DNA of 64,000 nt. Origin: Candidatus Aenigmatarchaeota archaeon. GTDB lineage: Archaea; Aenigmatarchaeota; Aenigmatarchaeia; GW2011-AR5. The DNA lies in NCBI GenBank assembly GCA_016198685.1, contig JACQID010000004.1, forward strand, positions 185,208 through 249,207, written 5' to 3'. The notes under the pieces are model-generated. The model was given only the letters and a program-made list of their open reading frames with translations. It was not told the DNA's origin and ran no database searches. The position numbers and the translations under genes are program-made. Positions 27,037 through 35,667 of the stretch are shown here, piece after piece (the stretch's first letter is position 1; every line of letters starts with the position of its first letter).

Positions 27037-28337
27037 AGGATGCGTCTTTTTTCTCGTTGGATTCCCTTGCCAAAGAAGGTCTTCCTATAATAAAGGAAAG
27101 GCTGCGTGTCGAGATTAAAACCATGGAAAGAGCGTTATCGGTTAATTCTGCAGACGGTCGTGAGTTTGCAAGATTGCCGTTTGATAATGATATGCTTGGT
27201 GCTGTCAAGAATATGATAAAGGAGAAACGGGCGCTTAAGCCTGAATACGTTGTAGTCATAGGCATAGGCGGCAGCAGTCTGGGGACAGAAGCAGTTGGCC
27301 AAGCTGTGGTTTTGAAAGGCAAAAGACCCAAGTTACTATATGCCAACACTGCAGATTCCTTCACTCTCCAGTCAATTATGGAAAAAATCGAAGAGGTTTT
27401 GGCCAAGAAAAAGACTATCATTCTAAATTGTGTAAGCAAGTCCGGAAGCACCGCCGAAACCGCTGCAAATTTCCAGATACTTCTTGCTATCCTGAAAAGA
27501 TACAGGAAAGATTATGCTAAATTTGTCGTCATAACTACTGATAAGGATTCGCGGCTTTGGCATGCCGCACTGACGCAGGGATTCTCCGTGCTTGAAATAC
27601 CTTCAAGAATCGGCGGAAGATATTCCGTCTTCTCGGCTGTCGGACTTTTCCCGCTTGGAATGGCAGGAGTCAATCTGGATGGACTTCTTTCAGGCGCAGC
27701 TGCTATGGCGAAGCGTTGCGTTGAGAGAGATGTTGAAATGAATCCCGCCGCCATGTCAGCCGCCATTCTCTACTGGCATCTGCAGAGAGGCAGGAAAATT
27801 CATGATACGTTCCTGTTTTCACCGGCCTTCGAGTGTCTTGGTAAATGGTACAGACAGCTCATGGCAGAAAGCGTAGGCAAGGCCCTTGACAAGAACGGGA
27901 AGAAAGTAAGTGCAGGCATGACACCGACAGTTTCTCTTCCTCAGGATCTTCATTCCATGGCGCAGCTCTATCTCGGAGGTCCGCAAGACAAATTCACAAC
28001 CTTTGTCAAGTCTGAGGATAACGGGGCTGCAATAAAAGTTCCGTCAATGAAAGAATATTCGGGGTTATCAGAAAACATACAGGGCAGGTCGCTTTCTGAA
28101 ATTACAGACGCTCTTTATGGAGGCATAGTTGCGGCTTATAGAGACGGAAAGCGCCCATTTGCGGAAATTCATATTCCAGACAGATCCTCGCAATCGATCG
28201 GCCAGTTCTTGCAGATGAAGATGATGGAAATGTGCTATCTTTGCTATCTGATGAATGTCAATCCTTTTGACCAGCCAGCTGTCGAATCGTACAAATTCAA
28301 TGCGAGGCAGATGCTCGGCGAGAAAAAGGGGCAATGA
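27033..28337 (+). CDS. pgi: glucose-6-phosphate isomerase
   Basis: VVIGIGGSSLG, SKSGSTAET and GGRYSVFSAVG are SIS/PGI motifs. An ATGA overlap links it to tal. Confidence 0.8.
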   Translation: MKDASFFSLDSLAKEGLPIIKERLRVEIKTMERALSVNSADGREFARLPFDNDMLGAVKNMIKEKRALKPEYVVVIGIGGSSLGTEAVGQAVVLKGKRPKLLYANTADSFTLQSIMEKIEEVLAKKKTIILNCVSKSGSTAETAANFQILLAILKRYRKDYAKFVVITTDKDSRLWHAALTQGFSVLEIPSRIGGRYSVFSAVGLFPLGMAGVNLDGLLSGAAAMAKRCVERDVEMNPAAMSAAILYWHLQRGRKIHDTFLFSPAFECLGKWYRQLMAESVGKALDKNGKKVSAGMTPTVSLPQDLHSMAQLYLGGPQDKFTTFVKSEDNGAAIKVPSMKEYSGLSENIQGRSLSEITDALYGGIVAAYRDGKRPFAEIHIPDRSSQSIGQFLQMKMMEMCYLCYLMNVNPFDQPAVESYKFNARQMLGEKKGQ

Positions 28338-28999
28338 TTATGAATGTATTTGTCGGGATAGACAGGGACGGAACGATAATCAAAGATACCGGCAACAGGC
28401 AATATCTTGGAAGATCGGAAGGCTGGGAAAACGAAATAGAATTCCTGCCTGGCGTGACAACCGGCATAAAAGCGCTGAGAAAGATTCAAGGCATAAAAAT
28501 TTATATGATAAGCAACCAGACAGGCATCGGGATAGCCGACTTTTCTGATCTTACTGAAGAAAGGGCGCACGATGTTTGCAAGGAAATACTAAAGCGCCTG
28601 GATAAAGAAGGCGCCGCTCTTGACGATTATCTGTTCTGCCCGCATATCTCAAAGCATTACATTACGAAACATCCGGAGAGGAAATTTGACCCTGCTTATG
28701 TTCGCGAATGTGACTGTGCGAAGCCCAATCCCGGCATGCTTTTCGCGGCGATGAAGAAAGATGGCATGGCTAAAGGGAAAGCGCATATCTACATGATCGG
28801 TGACAGGGATAGTGATGTAGAAACAGGCTTGAATGCCGGAGGAATAGGCATACTCGTGCCTTCTGAGAGCCAGCCGGGCCATGACAAGAAAGTTTTGGCG
28901 ATGAAAAATCCCTCCGCTTTTGTAGCTAAAAACTTTGAAGACGCTGCAAACCTCATATTGAACAGAGAATCACTGTCTGCCGGAAGAGTTCCAGAATAA
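28334..28999 (+). CDS. HAD-IIIA phosphatase, GmhB/histidinol-phosphatase-like
   Basis: GIDRDGTI (DxDGT nucleophile motif), SNQ, a CPH...CDCAKPNPGM zinc loop, and GDRDSDVE. Confidence 0.7.
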   Translation: MIMNVFVGIDRDGTIIKDTGNRQYLGRSEGWENEIEFLPGVTTGIKALRKIQGIKIYMISNQTGIGIADFSDLTEERAHDVCKEILKRLDKEGAALDDYLFCPHISKHYITKHPERKFDPAYVRECDCAKPNPGMLFAAMKKDGMAKGKAHIYMIGDRDSDVETGLNAGGIGILVPSESQPGHDKKVLAMKNPSAFVAKNFEDAANLILNRESLSAGRVPE

Positions 29000-29032
29000 T
29001 TCTTTTTATATTGTAGGAGCAAATACAAGCTC

Positions 29033-30304
29033 ATGGCTCAGCTGAAAAAAGAGCTTTCTCTTGTGACCGCCATATTCTACGGCGTTGGCATTATTCTTGG
29101 CGCGGGAATCTATGTGCTGATAGGTCAGGGCGCTGCCGTTGCAGGAAATGCGCTCTGGCTCTCTTTTGTCGTGGCGGCGGTCATAGCTTCCTTCACAGCA
29201 ATGAGCTATGCCGAGCTTGCAGGAATGCTTCCCAAGACCGCGGCAGAATACGTATATACGAAAAAAGCCTTTGGCAAGGAATGGCTGGCGTTTGCCGTCC
29301 AATGGATAATGATATTTGCTCTCATCATTAGCGCAACAACCGTGGCATTAGGGTTTGGAGGATACTTTTCTTATCTATTTGGTATCAATCAAGTATGGGC
29401 GGCGGCAGGCCTTCTCATAGTTCTTTCTCTTATCAGCTACACAGGAATCAAGGAATCAGTCCGCTTCAATATTCTGGCAACTATCATAGAAATGATCGGG
29501 CTTTTGATTGTCATAATTCTCGGGATAGGCTTCATAGGAACGGTTGATTACTTTGCCGCGCCCGCAGGGATGACCAGCATACTCATGGCAACAGCTCTTC
29601 TGTTCTTTGCTTACATAGGCTTTGAAGAGGTTGTCAACCTGTCGGAAGAAACAAAGAACGCGAGCAAAGTTATACCGAAGGCGCTCCTAATTTCAATAGC
29701 AATAACCACCGTGCTTTACATACTTGTGGCAATATCCGCGGTTTCGATAATGCCTGCAGGGGAACTTGCCAAGGCAAAAGCCCCGCTCACGGAAGTCGTA
29801 AGCAGGGTGATGCCGCAGGCCGGATCCATCATGACAGTGATTGCATTGTTTGCGACTTCAAACACGGTATTGGCTATTCTTGTTGTGGCTTCGCGTATGC
29901 TCTACGGCCTCGCAAGGAATAACGTCCTTCCTAAGCTCTTAGCCAAACTCGGAAAAAGCCGGACACCGTATGTTTCCGTGTTTCTTGTAATGCTTGTGTC
30001 GCTGGCTTTCCTGCAGTTCGGAGCCATCGGCACCGTGGCGCTGCTTACGGATATCGGCATATTTGCCGTTTACCTCTTCATCAATGCCGCTGTCATATGG
30101 CTGAGATACAAGGAACCGAAGGCCAAAAGAACGTTCAAGTCTCCGCTCAATATAGGCCGATTTCCGGCCCTTGCCGGTCTTGGGATAGTGAGCTCACTGC
30201 TAATGCTGCTGCATTTTGAGTCTGTCCTTATCTTTTACGAGATTCTTGTAGTCCTTGCCGGATTTTTGATATATAAAGCATTCCGCTTTATGGCAGGTAA
30301 ATGA
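29033..30304 (+). CDS. APC-family amino acid permease
   Basis: About 12 TM helices, an N-terminal GAGIYVLIG motif and a typical APC layout. Confidence 0.75.
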   Translation: MAQLKKELSLVTAIFYGVGIILGAGIYVLIGQGAAVAGNALWLSFVVAAVIASFTAMSYAELAGMLPKTAAEYVYTKKAFGKEWLAFAVQWIMIFALIISATTVALGFGGYFSYLFGINQVWAAAGLLIVLSLISYTGIKESVRFNILATIIEMIGLLIVIILGIGFIGTVDYFAAPAGMTSILMATALLFFAYIGFEEVVNLSEETKNASKVIPKALLISIAITTVLYILVAISAVSIMPAGELAKAKAPLTEVVSRVMPQAGSIMTVIALFATSNTVLAILVVASRMLYGLARNNVLPKLLAKLGKSRTPYVSVFLVMLVSLAFLQFGAIGTVALLTDIGIFAVYLFINAAVIWLRYKEPKAKRTFKSPLNIGRFPALAGLGIVSSLLMLLHFESVLIFYEILVVLAGFLIYKAFRFMAGK

Positions 30305-30369
30305 ATAGAATCAATAATATGTTATAAAAAAAAGAAAACTGTCTTGTCTATACTAGTTAATCAGAAGAA

Positions 30370-30543
30370 TTAGAACTTCCTCTTCTTAGCATAGCAATCT
30401 TTGCAGAAAACAGGCCTGCCTTCTGTGGGCTTGAATGGTACTTCGCATTCAGCGCCGCATTCAGAGCAAGTTGCTTTGTGCATTTCACGGGGACCGAAAT
30501 CCTTGCGGAAGCCGCCACCGTTTCTGCCGAAACCTTCTCTCAT
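30370..30543 (-). CDS. small zinc-ribbon protein (57 aa), zf-trcl-like
   Basis: MREGFGRNGGGFRKDFGPREMHKATCSECGAECEVPFKPTEGRPVFCKDCYAKKRKF. It has two CxxC pairs and a strong AAGGAGG box 6 nt upstream of the ATG. It is missed by the ORF track, which lists the antisense ORF 30401..30595 instead. Confidence 0.65.
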   Translation of the reverse strand: MREGFGRNGGGFRKDFGPREMHKATCSECGAECEVPFKPTEGRPVFCKDCYAKKRKF

Positions 30544-30937
30544 GTTTTATTCCTCCTTAAAGTATAACGAGCGGAAAGCTTATAAATTGCTCTAAAATCA
30601 GGAAAAATTATACTATTGTTACTACTTAATAACAATTTAAATAGATTTCTGTCTTTGACTTTTGGGATAATCATGTCTATAGCAGATAAAGTATATCTAT
30701 CAGATGGGTTCGTATTAAAAAATGTAGCTGCTGCGTACATTTTCATGAAAGTTCGACAAGAAGGGGATGTTCCGCCTTATCCTACTACCCCTAACTCACA
30801 GAAAGCAACACTATGTGCAGCTATGCGACTAGGATACCGACCAGAATATCGGGATGCTATGTTTGCATAATTAGACTATTTTATAGTAAAATAACTACTT
30901 TATAGTAATTTAAATATACTTCTATCTTAGCATTCAT

Positions 30938-31417
30938 ATGGGATACAGACTGCCGCTGGAAACTCCGGAAACAAAAGAAGATGTGTTCTTCTATGCGCCA
31001 ACAGGAACATCCAAGAGCATGGTAGCGTTCCCTGAAGGTTATAGGGTCGATTATGATACGTTCCTGCTTAATAATGCAATGAACAATTTCGAAGCGAACT
31101 ATTTTGGCAGTGTCCCTCACAGGAGATTTCTTCCCGAAATCAAGGAAGCTCTTATTGTCATGGAAAAAGAATACCCTGGCTTGAGAGAAAAAATGGACAA
31201 ATTAAAAGACCGTGTGGATGCCCTTGCGGAAGAGAGAGTGGATTTAATAGGAAATCTGTATAGGGTCAGGACTCCAATGGAAGAGATATTACAGAACGAG
31301 CAGGTACTGGAACTCAACGCCAGACAAAATGCTCTGGAAGAAGTTCTGAAACCGGCGCTTTATACTGCCTACAAATTCGTACAGCACTACCTGCCAAAGC
31401 ATAGTATCATCATATGA
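30938..31417 (+). CDS. hypothetical protein (159 aa)
   Basis: ORF with a coiled-coil-like C-terminal half. No motif recognised. Confidence 0.4.
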   Translation: MGYRLPLETPETKEDVFFYAPTGTSKSMVAFPEGYRVDYDTFLLNNAMNNFEANYFGSVPHRRFLPEIKEALIVMEKEYPGLREKMDKLKDRVDALAEERVDLIGNLYRVRTPMEEILQNEQVLELNARQNALEEVLKPALYTAYKFVQHYLPKHSIII

Positions 31418-31518
31418 AGCCCCGGGCGAGAGTTGAACTCGCGACCTTTACCTTACCAAGGTTTAGCGACGATGTCTTATGGCATTCGTTAACGCTCTAC
31501 CAACTGAGCTACCGAGGC
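31418..31518 (-). tRNA. tRNA-Thr(GGU): tRNA-Thr (anticodon GGU) with a 28-nt intron at a non-canonical position in the anticodon stem (about 29/30)
   Basis: Folded by hand: acceptor GCCTCGG/CCGGGGC, D-arm GCTC-AGTTGGTA-GAGC, T-arm GCGAG-TTCAACT-CTCGC. A 5-bp anticodon stem TTACC/GGTAA with loop TTGGTAA forms only if ACGAATGCCATAAGACATCGTCGCTAAA is removed from the 5' stem strand. Confidence 0.65.
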
Positions 31519-31571
31519 ACCTGCTTTACTTTGGAAGAAAAGCTTTTATTATTCCACCGGCATTTAGCAAC

Positions 31572-31934
31572 GTGATAAAATACCATCATTCTGATGCCGT
31601 GAAGACCCGTATAAGCGAAATAGCCGCTAAATTAGGCATCAAGCATGACCTGTCCCGCGTAGCGTGCGTTGAAAGCGTAGGTTCAAAAAGCAAGCGAACT
31701 CTTGCGCGTTGCCACGCGTTGCCGCGCATAATGCAGGTGGCACTTGGAACAAAGGCCCATTACGTCATAGAGGTCATAACTGAGAATTTCTCGCGCTTGC
31801 CAAAGGCAGAGCAGGACAAGACCTTGATTCATGAGCTCATGCACATACCCAAAAGCTTCGGAGGCGGGTTCCGGCATCATGATTACGTCTGCAGGAAGAA
31901 CATTGATGAGATGTACAGGAAGTTGGGGGAATGA
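31572..31934 (+). CDS. predicted small Zn-metallopeptidase (HExxH)
   Basis: LIHELMHIPKSFGGGFRHH is an HExxH motif. The ORF-track start at 31479 lies inside the tRNA gene, so I used the in-frame GTG at 31572 (VIKYHH...). Confidence 0.5.
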   Translation: MIKYHHSDAVKTRISEIAAKLGIKHDLSRVACVESVGSKSKRTLARCHALPRIMQVALGTKAHYVIEVITENFSRLPKAEQDKTLIHELMHIPKSFGGGFRHHDYVCRKNIDEMYRKLGE

Positions 31935-31937
31935 CGC

Positions 31938-32225
31938 TCAAGCTTTCGCTTTCTTCATGTCTCTCTTGAACTGCTGCTTCAGTTTGGGCACTCCTAATTT
32001 GGCTCCGCAGCCCCCGCATTTGACAGAAAATGGCCTTTTCCATTCCTGTTCAACATATGATTCATGGCCGCATTTTGGGCACTTGTACTCGACGCGCGCA
32101 ATGCCGTCGGATTTTGGAACGAGAACGCGTATCTTCCCCTTGTCTTCAACATTTCTATTCGTATGATAAAGCGTACTTGAAGGCTTTAGCGAGTTTGCTG
32201 CGATATAATCATCTATCTTGCCCAT
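31938..32225 (-). CDS. zinc-ribbon protein (95 aa)
   Basis: The CPKCGHE...CGGCGAK pairs form a zinc-ribbon pattern. Confidence 0.45.
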   Translation of the reverse strand: MGKIDDYIAANSLKPSSTLYHTNRNVEDKGKIRVLVPKSDGIARVEYKCPKCGHESYVEQEWKRPFSVKCGGCGAKLGVPKLKQQFKRDMKKAKA

Positions 32226-32268
32226 GTCATCACATATAGTTAGATATGCTTCTCCTTATAAACGTTTA

Positions 32269-33075
32269 CTAAGCGACTCCAGCAGCGCCAAATGCAATGG
32301 CCATCAAAACCGCGGAGAAAGCCGTGATTATCACGGCGTTTTTATGGAAACTTATGGCCATTAACAGGAGCATGTCGGCGGCAAGCGCAAAGAAGACATA
32401 GATATAGCCTTCAATGCCAATCCCAAATGGCACGAAGCTGATTGCAATAGCCAGAAGTAAAAACGCTGCGGCAATGGTTCTCGCCCGATTTACACCGTAT
32501 TTTTCAGCAATGGATGTTGTGTTCTTCCCGTTCATCATCGCAGCGACTCCGTTGTATATGTCTGCTCCTGCCGCCGCCAAGAAGAGAAAAGACGCAAGAA
32601 ACAAGCCCGGTAATGGATTGACGCTTAAAAGAGCGCCAAATATGAAAGGCCCCACCACAAGAGCTGCAAATGCAAGATTGCCAAGCAGGGTCACGCGCCT
32701 GAGTTTCCAGAAATAAATAAGAGAAAACAAGAAAGCTGCTATTGATATTAAGGCCATGTTGGCACCAAGAGGGAAGGCAGATAGTGTTGCTGCCACAAAG
32801 AACGTGATGGATGCTGCAAGTGCAGTGTGCGGCAAAATGCCGTCTTGTTCTTGTGAAAAATAACGTAATAACGACATTATGCCAGCGCATATAAGCAGGG
32901 CAGAAAGCGCGGCAAATGTCACGGCATTTGCAGGATTCGTGCCGCCTGAAACCATAGCTGAAGTATAAACCGCACCTGCGGTCAAAGCGCATATTTCAGG
33001 GCGGATTAAGGCCGCATAATCTGCAAAGCCCGGATTTCTCATGGCAGGCAGAGGCGGGGTGATGTTTGATCTCAT
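32269..33075 (-). CDS. polytopic integral membrane protein
   Basis: About 8 hydrophobic helices. A 4-nt overlap links it to the upstream hydrolase gene. Confidence 0.5.
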   Translation of the reverse strand: MRSNITPPLPAMRNPGFADYAALIRPEICALTAGAVYTSAMVSGGTNPANAVTFAALSALLICAGIMSLLRYFSQEQDGILPHTALAASITFFVAATLSAFPLGANMALISIAAFLFSLIYFWKLRRVTLLGNLAFAALVVGPFIFGALLSVNPLPGLFLASFLFLAAAGADIYNGVAAMMNGKNTTSIAEKYGVNRARTIAAAFLLLAIAISFVPFGIGIEGYIYVFFALAADMLLLMAISFHKNAVIITAFSAVLMAIAFGAAGVA

Positions 33076-33857
33076 CCTTTAAGCCACCGTGTTATTTCTT
33101 TCATGAGGGCCGGTTGCTCGGCAAAAAGGTTGGTTCCATGCGCTGCGGTATCGTAAGTTCTAGTTTCCTTATTCTTGATTATAGATCCGAGTTTGCCGGC
33201 GGTGCCGCTGGATGATATGTCCGAAGACCCCTCTGCCATGAAAACGTACTGGTTCTTTCTTAGCATGCGGGCTGCAGGCTCGGTCAGGACGCCCCTATAT
33301 GCGAGCCCGGCCGAAAGCAGGACGGTTTTTTCGATTTCAGGATGCCTACACTGATAAATCAACGCAAGATTAGCACCTATTGAAGCGCCTGAAATGAATG
33401 TTTTTTCAATTCCTCTTTTCTTCAGATATTGTATTCCATCTTCAACGTCCTGCAGGGAACTTTGATGTTCTGCATCCGAGAATTTTCGAAAATCGAGTTT
33501 TTTGTTGCCTTGTTTCGTGCTTTCTCCATGACCGCGAAGGTCGATGGCGAGAACAGAAAATCCGTTTTCATTCAAGATTTTCGCAAAATTATTCCAGCTT
33601 TGTTTTGTGGATGGCATCATGTGCAGAAGAAGAACTCCAGTATTCGAGCCCGGCCAGTAATTGCCCTCTATCGTAATGCCGTCGCTGGTAACGAAAGAAA
33701 CTTTCTCCATTTTATCAATAGGCGGCGGATGCTTATAAAAATAATGCCCTAAAAAATCAATCGCTATTATTATGATGATGGCGGAATCTGGGAATAAGAA
33801 TAGAAATACAATCCTTTGCTTCCTTGCGAACATACATATCTGTAAGGGAGCCGGCAA
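33072..33857 (-). CDS. alpha/beta-fold hydrolase
   Basis: VLLLHMMP, RGHGES, nucleophile elbow SGASIGAN (GxSxG) and a C-terminal His region (AAHGTN). Confidence 0.7.
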   Translation of the reverse strand: MPAPLQICMFARKQRIVFLFLFPDSAIIIIIAIDFLGHYFYKHPPPIDKMEKVSFVTSDGITIEGNYWPGSNTGVLLLHMMPSTKQSWNNFAKILNENGFSVLAIDLRGHGESTKQGNKKLDFRKFSDAEHQSSLQDVEDGIQYLKKRGIEKTFISGASIGANLALIYQCRHPEIEKTVLLSAGLAYRGVLTEPAARMLRKNQYVFMAEGSSDISSSGTAGKLGSIIKNKETRTYDTAAHGTNLFAEQPALMKEITRWLKG

Positions 33858-34051
33858 GGCCTATGGCGAAAAGGCCTCAGACAACGCCGCCTTTTCATAT
33901 TCTCCTGCCCGTAGAAAGTTGAAAGCCGTAGTTGCAAAGGCGTTCGCTGAATATAGAAAAGTAGTTTCATACTTGATATTAGAAGGAGTGATGTATTTTA
34001 CTCGATTTATGACTTGCATAGCTTTCTTCATCAAGGATATCACCCGTGTGA

Positions 34052-34237
34052 TTATACCTTGGCGCCGCGCCTTTCCTTGGCCTTGAGCCTTAAATCCTTA
34101 GAACCGCACTTCCTGCATTTTGACTTTCTCAGGGCCACCTTGGCCTGCGTAGTCCTGAGTTTCGCGTTGCAGTTCATGCAAACGTATACGTTCAGATAAT
34201 TCCTTTTCAGTACCATTTCGTTTAGTTTCTTAGGCAT
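34052..34237 (-). CDS. rpl40e: 50S ribosomal protein L40e
   Basis: CMNCNAKL...KCRKCGSKDLRLKAKERRG is the characteristic L40e zinc-ribbon and basic tail. The 61-aa size fits. Confidence 0.8.
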   Translation of the reverse strand: MPKKLNEMVLKRNYLNVYVCMNCNAKLRTTQAKVALRKSKCRKCGSKDLRLKAKERRGAKV

Positions 34238-34276
34238 AGCTAATCATAGTTCCATAACTTTCTTAAATCCCATACC

Positions 34277-35104
34277 TTATACAGACATGTGCCTTAATAT
34301 AGATATTCTTTCCTCGACGGGCGGGTGCGTAGAAAATAATTTAGCCAAAAAATTGGGCGCAAAGGGATTGATTATAAAAAGCGCTGACATGGAAGGATCC
34401 CCTTTTGCCGGCTGAGCGGTTGCTGCGGCCGATATTTTTTCCAAAGCGCTTGCCAGATCAAGCGGGTCGGAAATATGCGCCCCGAACTTGTCAGCTTCAA
34501 ACTCGCGGCCGCGAGAAATAGCAAGCTGGATGATCGTTGCAGCAAGGGGCGCAACTATCAAAAGCAGCAAATAACTTGCAGCGCTCCGCTCTTCGTTGCT
34601 ACTGAATATGAACATGTGGGCGAACCATGTTATCGCCCCTGCAAGGGTAGCTGCCATGGCGCTTATGAGAGTGTCCCTGTTCTTTACATGGCCTATTTCA
34701 TGAGCCAGAACGGCTTCGATTTCTTCTGTATTAAGATGTGCAAGCAGACCCTTGGTCACAGCTACAGCGGCATGTTTAGGATCCCTGCCTGTAGCAAAAG
34801 CGTTGGGGACGTCGGCATTGACATAATAAAGGGGCGGGACCGGTATGTCGGCCTTTTTGGCTATTTTCTCAAGCGAGGCATAAACTTCAGGATAATCATT
34901 AGTCTTGACCTTCTTCGCGCCATATGCCATAAGAACGAACTTGTCAGAATACCAGTATGCAAGCAAATTGGCGCCTAATGCCATAAGAAATCCCAGAGCC
35001 ATCCCTGCAGCTCCTGCAAAATAGTATCCTACGCCAAGGAAAAGAGCTGTCAATATGGTCAGTGGAATCAGGGTTCTGAAAATTGAAGACATAATCTTAT
35101 ACAA
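34277..35104 (-). CDS. htpX: HtpX-family M48 membrane protease
   Basis: HEIGHVKNRD (HExxH), four TM segments and a C-terminal STHPPVEERI motif. Confidence 0.85.
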   Translation of the reverse strand: MYKIMSSIFRTLIPLTILTALFLGVGYYFAGAAGMALGFLMALGANLLAYWYSDKFVLMAYGAKKVKTNDYPEVYASLEKIAKKADIPVPPLYYVNADVPNAFATGRDPKHAAVAVTKGLLAHLNTEEIEAVLAHEIGHVKNRDTLISAMAATLAGAITWFAHMFIFSSNEERSAASYLLLLIVAPLAATIIQLAISRGREFEADKFGAHISDPLDLASALEKISAAATAQPAKGDPSMSALFIINPFAPNFLAKLFSTHPPVEERISILRHMSV

Positions 35105-35109
35105 CGTCC

Positions 35110-35667
35110 TCAGATATTAAAGCGTTTGAACTCCGCATCCAACAAATAATTGCCGTATTTTTTTGTCCAGTTTATGGATCCGGGATTGTATTTTTTCCCT
35201 ATTTTCCCTGAAATCATGTTTTTTATTATGAGTGCCGCTTCTTTACCGGATTTTTTTGACGTGTCTATTTCCACAACTTTCCGGCGCTTGCCGAGGGCTT
35301 CAATAGTTATAGTATCAAGAATTTCGGCCTGCACGTTCTCTCTTATCTTACGGGCGCTCCATTTGCGCGATTTCAGCCGTTTTTGTATTTCTGTAGGATT
35401 GCAGCGCAGAACTACGATAATATCCGCCTTAAGCAGATGGGACAGCATTCCTTCGATTATCGAATCGCCTTTTATCATCTTATTTACGGCTTTCTGCAGT
35501 TTAGTAGGATCTACTATCATAGCTTTTCTCATCGCATCTCTACCGCTGACTGCGCCGTGCAATGCCGCGCTTTTTGTGCTTATAATCTTGAACCCTGTGA
35601 TTATCGAGAGCGCTTTAGCGACCTGCGTCTTTCCTGTTCCCGGGGTTCCTGCTATTGCTATGATCAT
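35110..35667 (-). CDS. AK6/Fap7-like putative adenylate kinase (P-loop NTPase)
   Basis: MIIAIAGTPGTGKTQVAK is a Walker A motif. The 185-aa size is typical of the archaeal AK6-like kinase. Confidence 0.65.
   Translation of the reverse strand: MIIAIAGTPGTGKTQVAKALSIITGFKIISTKSAALHGAVSGRDAMRKAMIVDPTKLQKAVNKMIKGDSIIEGMLSHLLKADIIVVLRCNPTEIQKRLKSRKWSARKIRENVQAEILDTITIEALGKRRKVVEIDTSKKSGKEAALIIKNMISGKIGKKYNPGSINWTKKYGNYLLDAEFKRFNI

Noticed and set aside
30401-30595. A 64-aa plus-strand ORF from the ORF track.
   Set aside because: It is antisense to a better-supported 57-aa zinc-ribbon gene (30370..30543), which has a strong Shine-Dalgarno-like box and a recognisable CxxC...CxxC domain.
31479-31571. 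The N-terminal 31 codons of the metallopeptidase ORF as given in the track (ATG at 31479).
   Set aside because: The ATG lies inside the tRNA-Thr(GGU) gene on the opposite strand. The in-frame GTG at 31572 gives a size typical of the small HExxH family.
32269-33075. A UbiA-type prenyltransferase (for example DGGGP synthase), given the nearby lipid-related gene content.
   Set aside because: The polytopic protein lacks the Asp-rich NxxxDxxxD / DxxxD motifs expected of UbiA enzymes, so I called it only a membrane protein.
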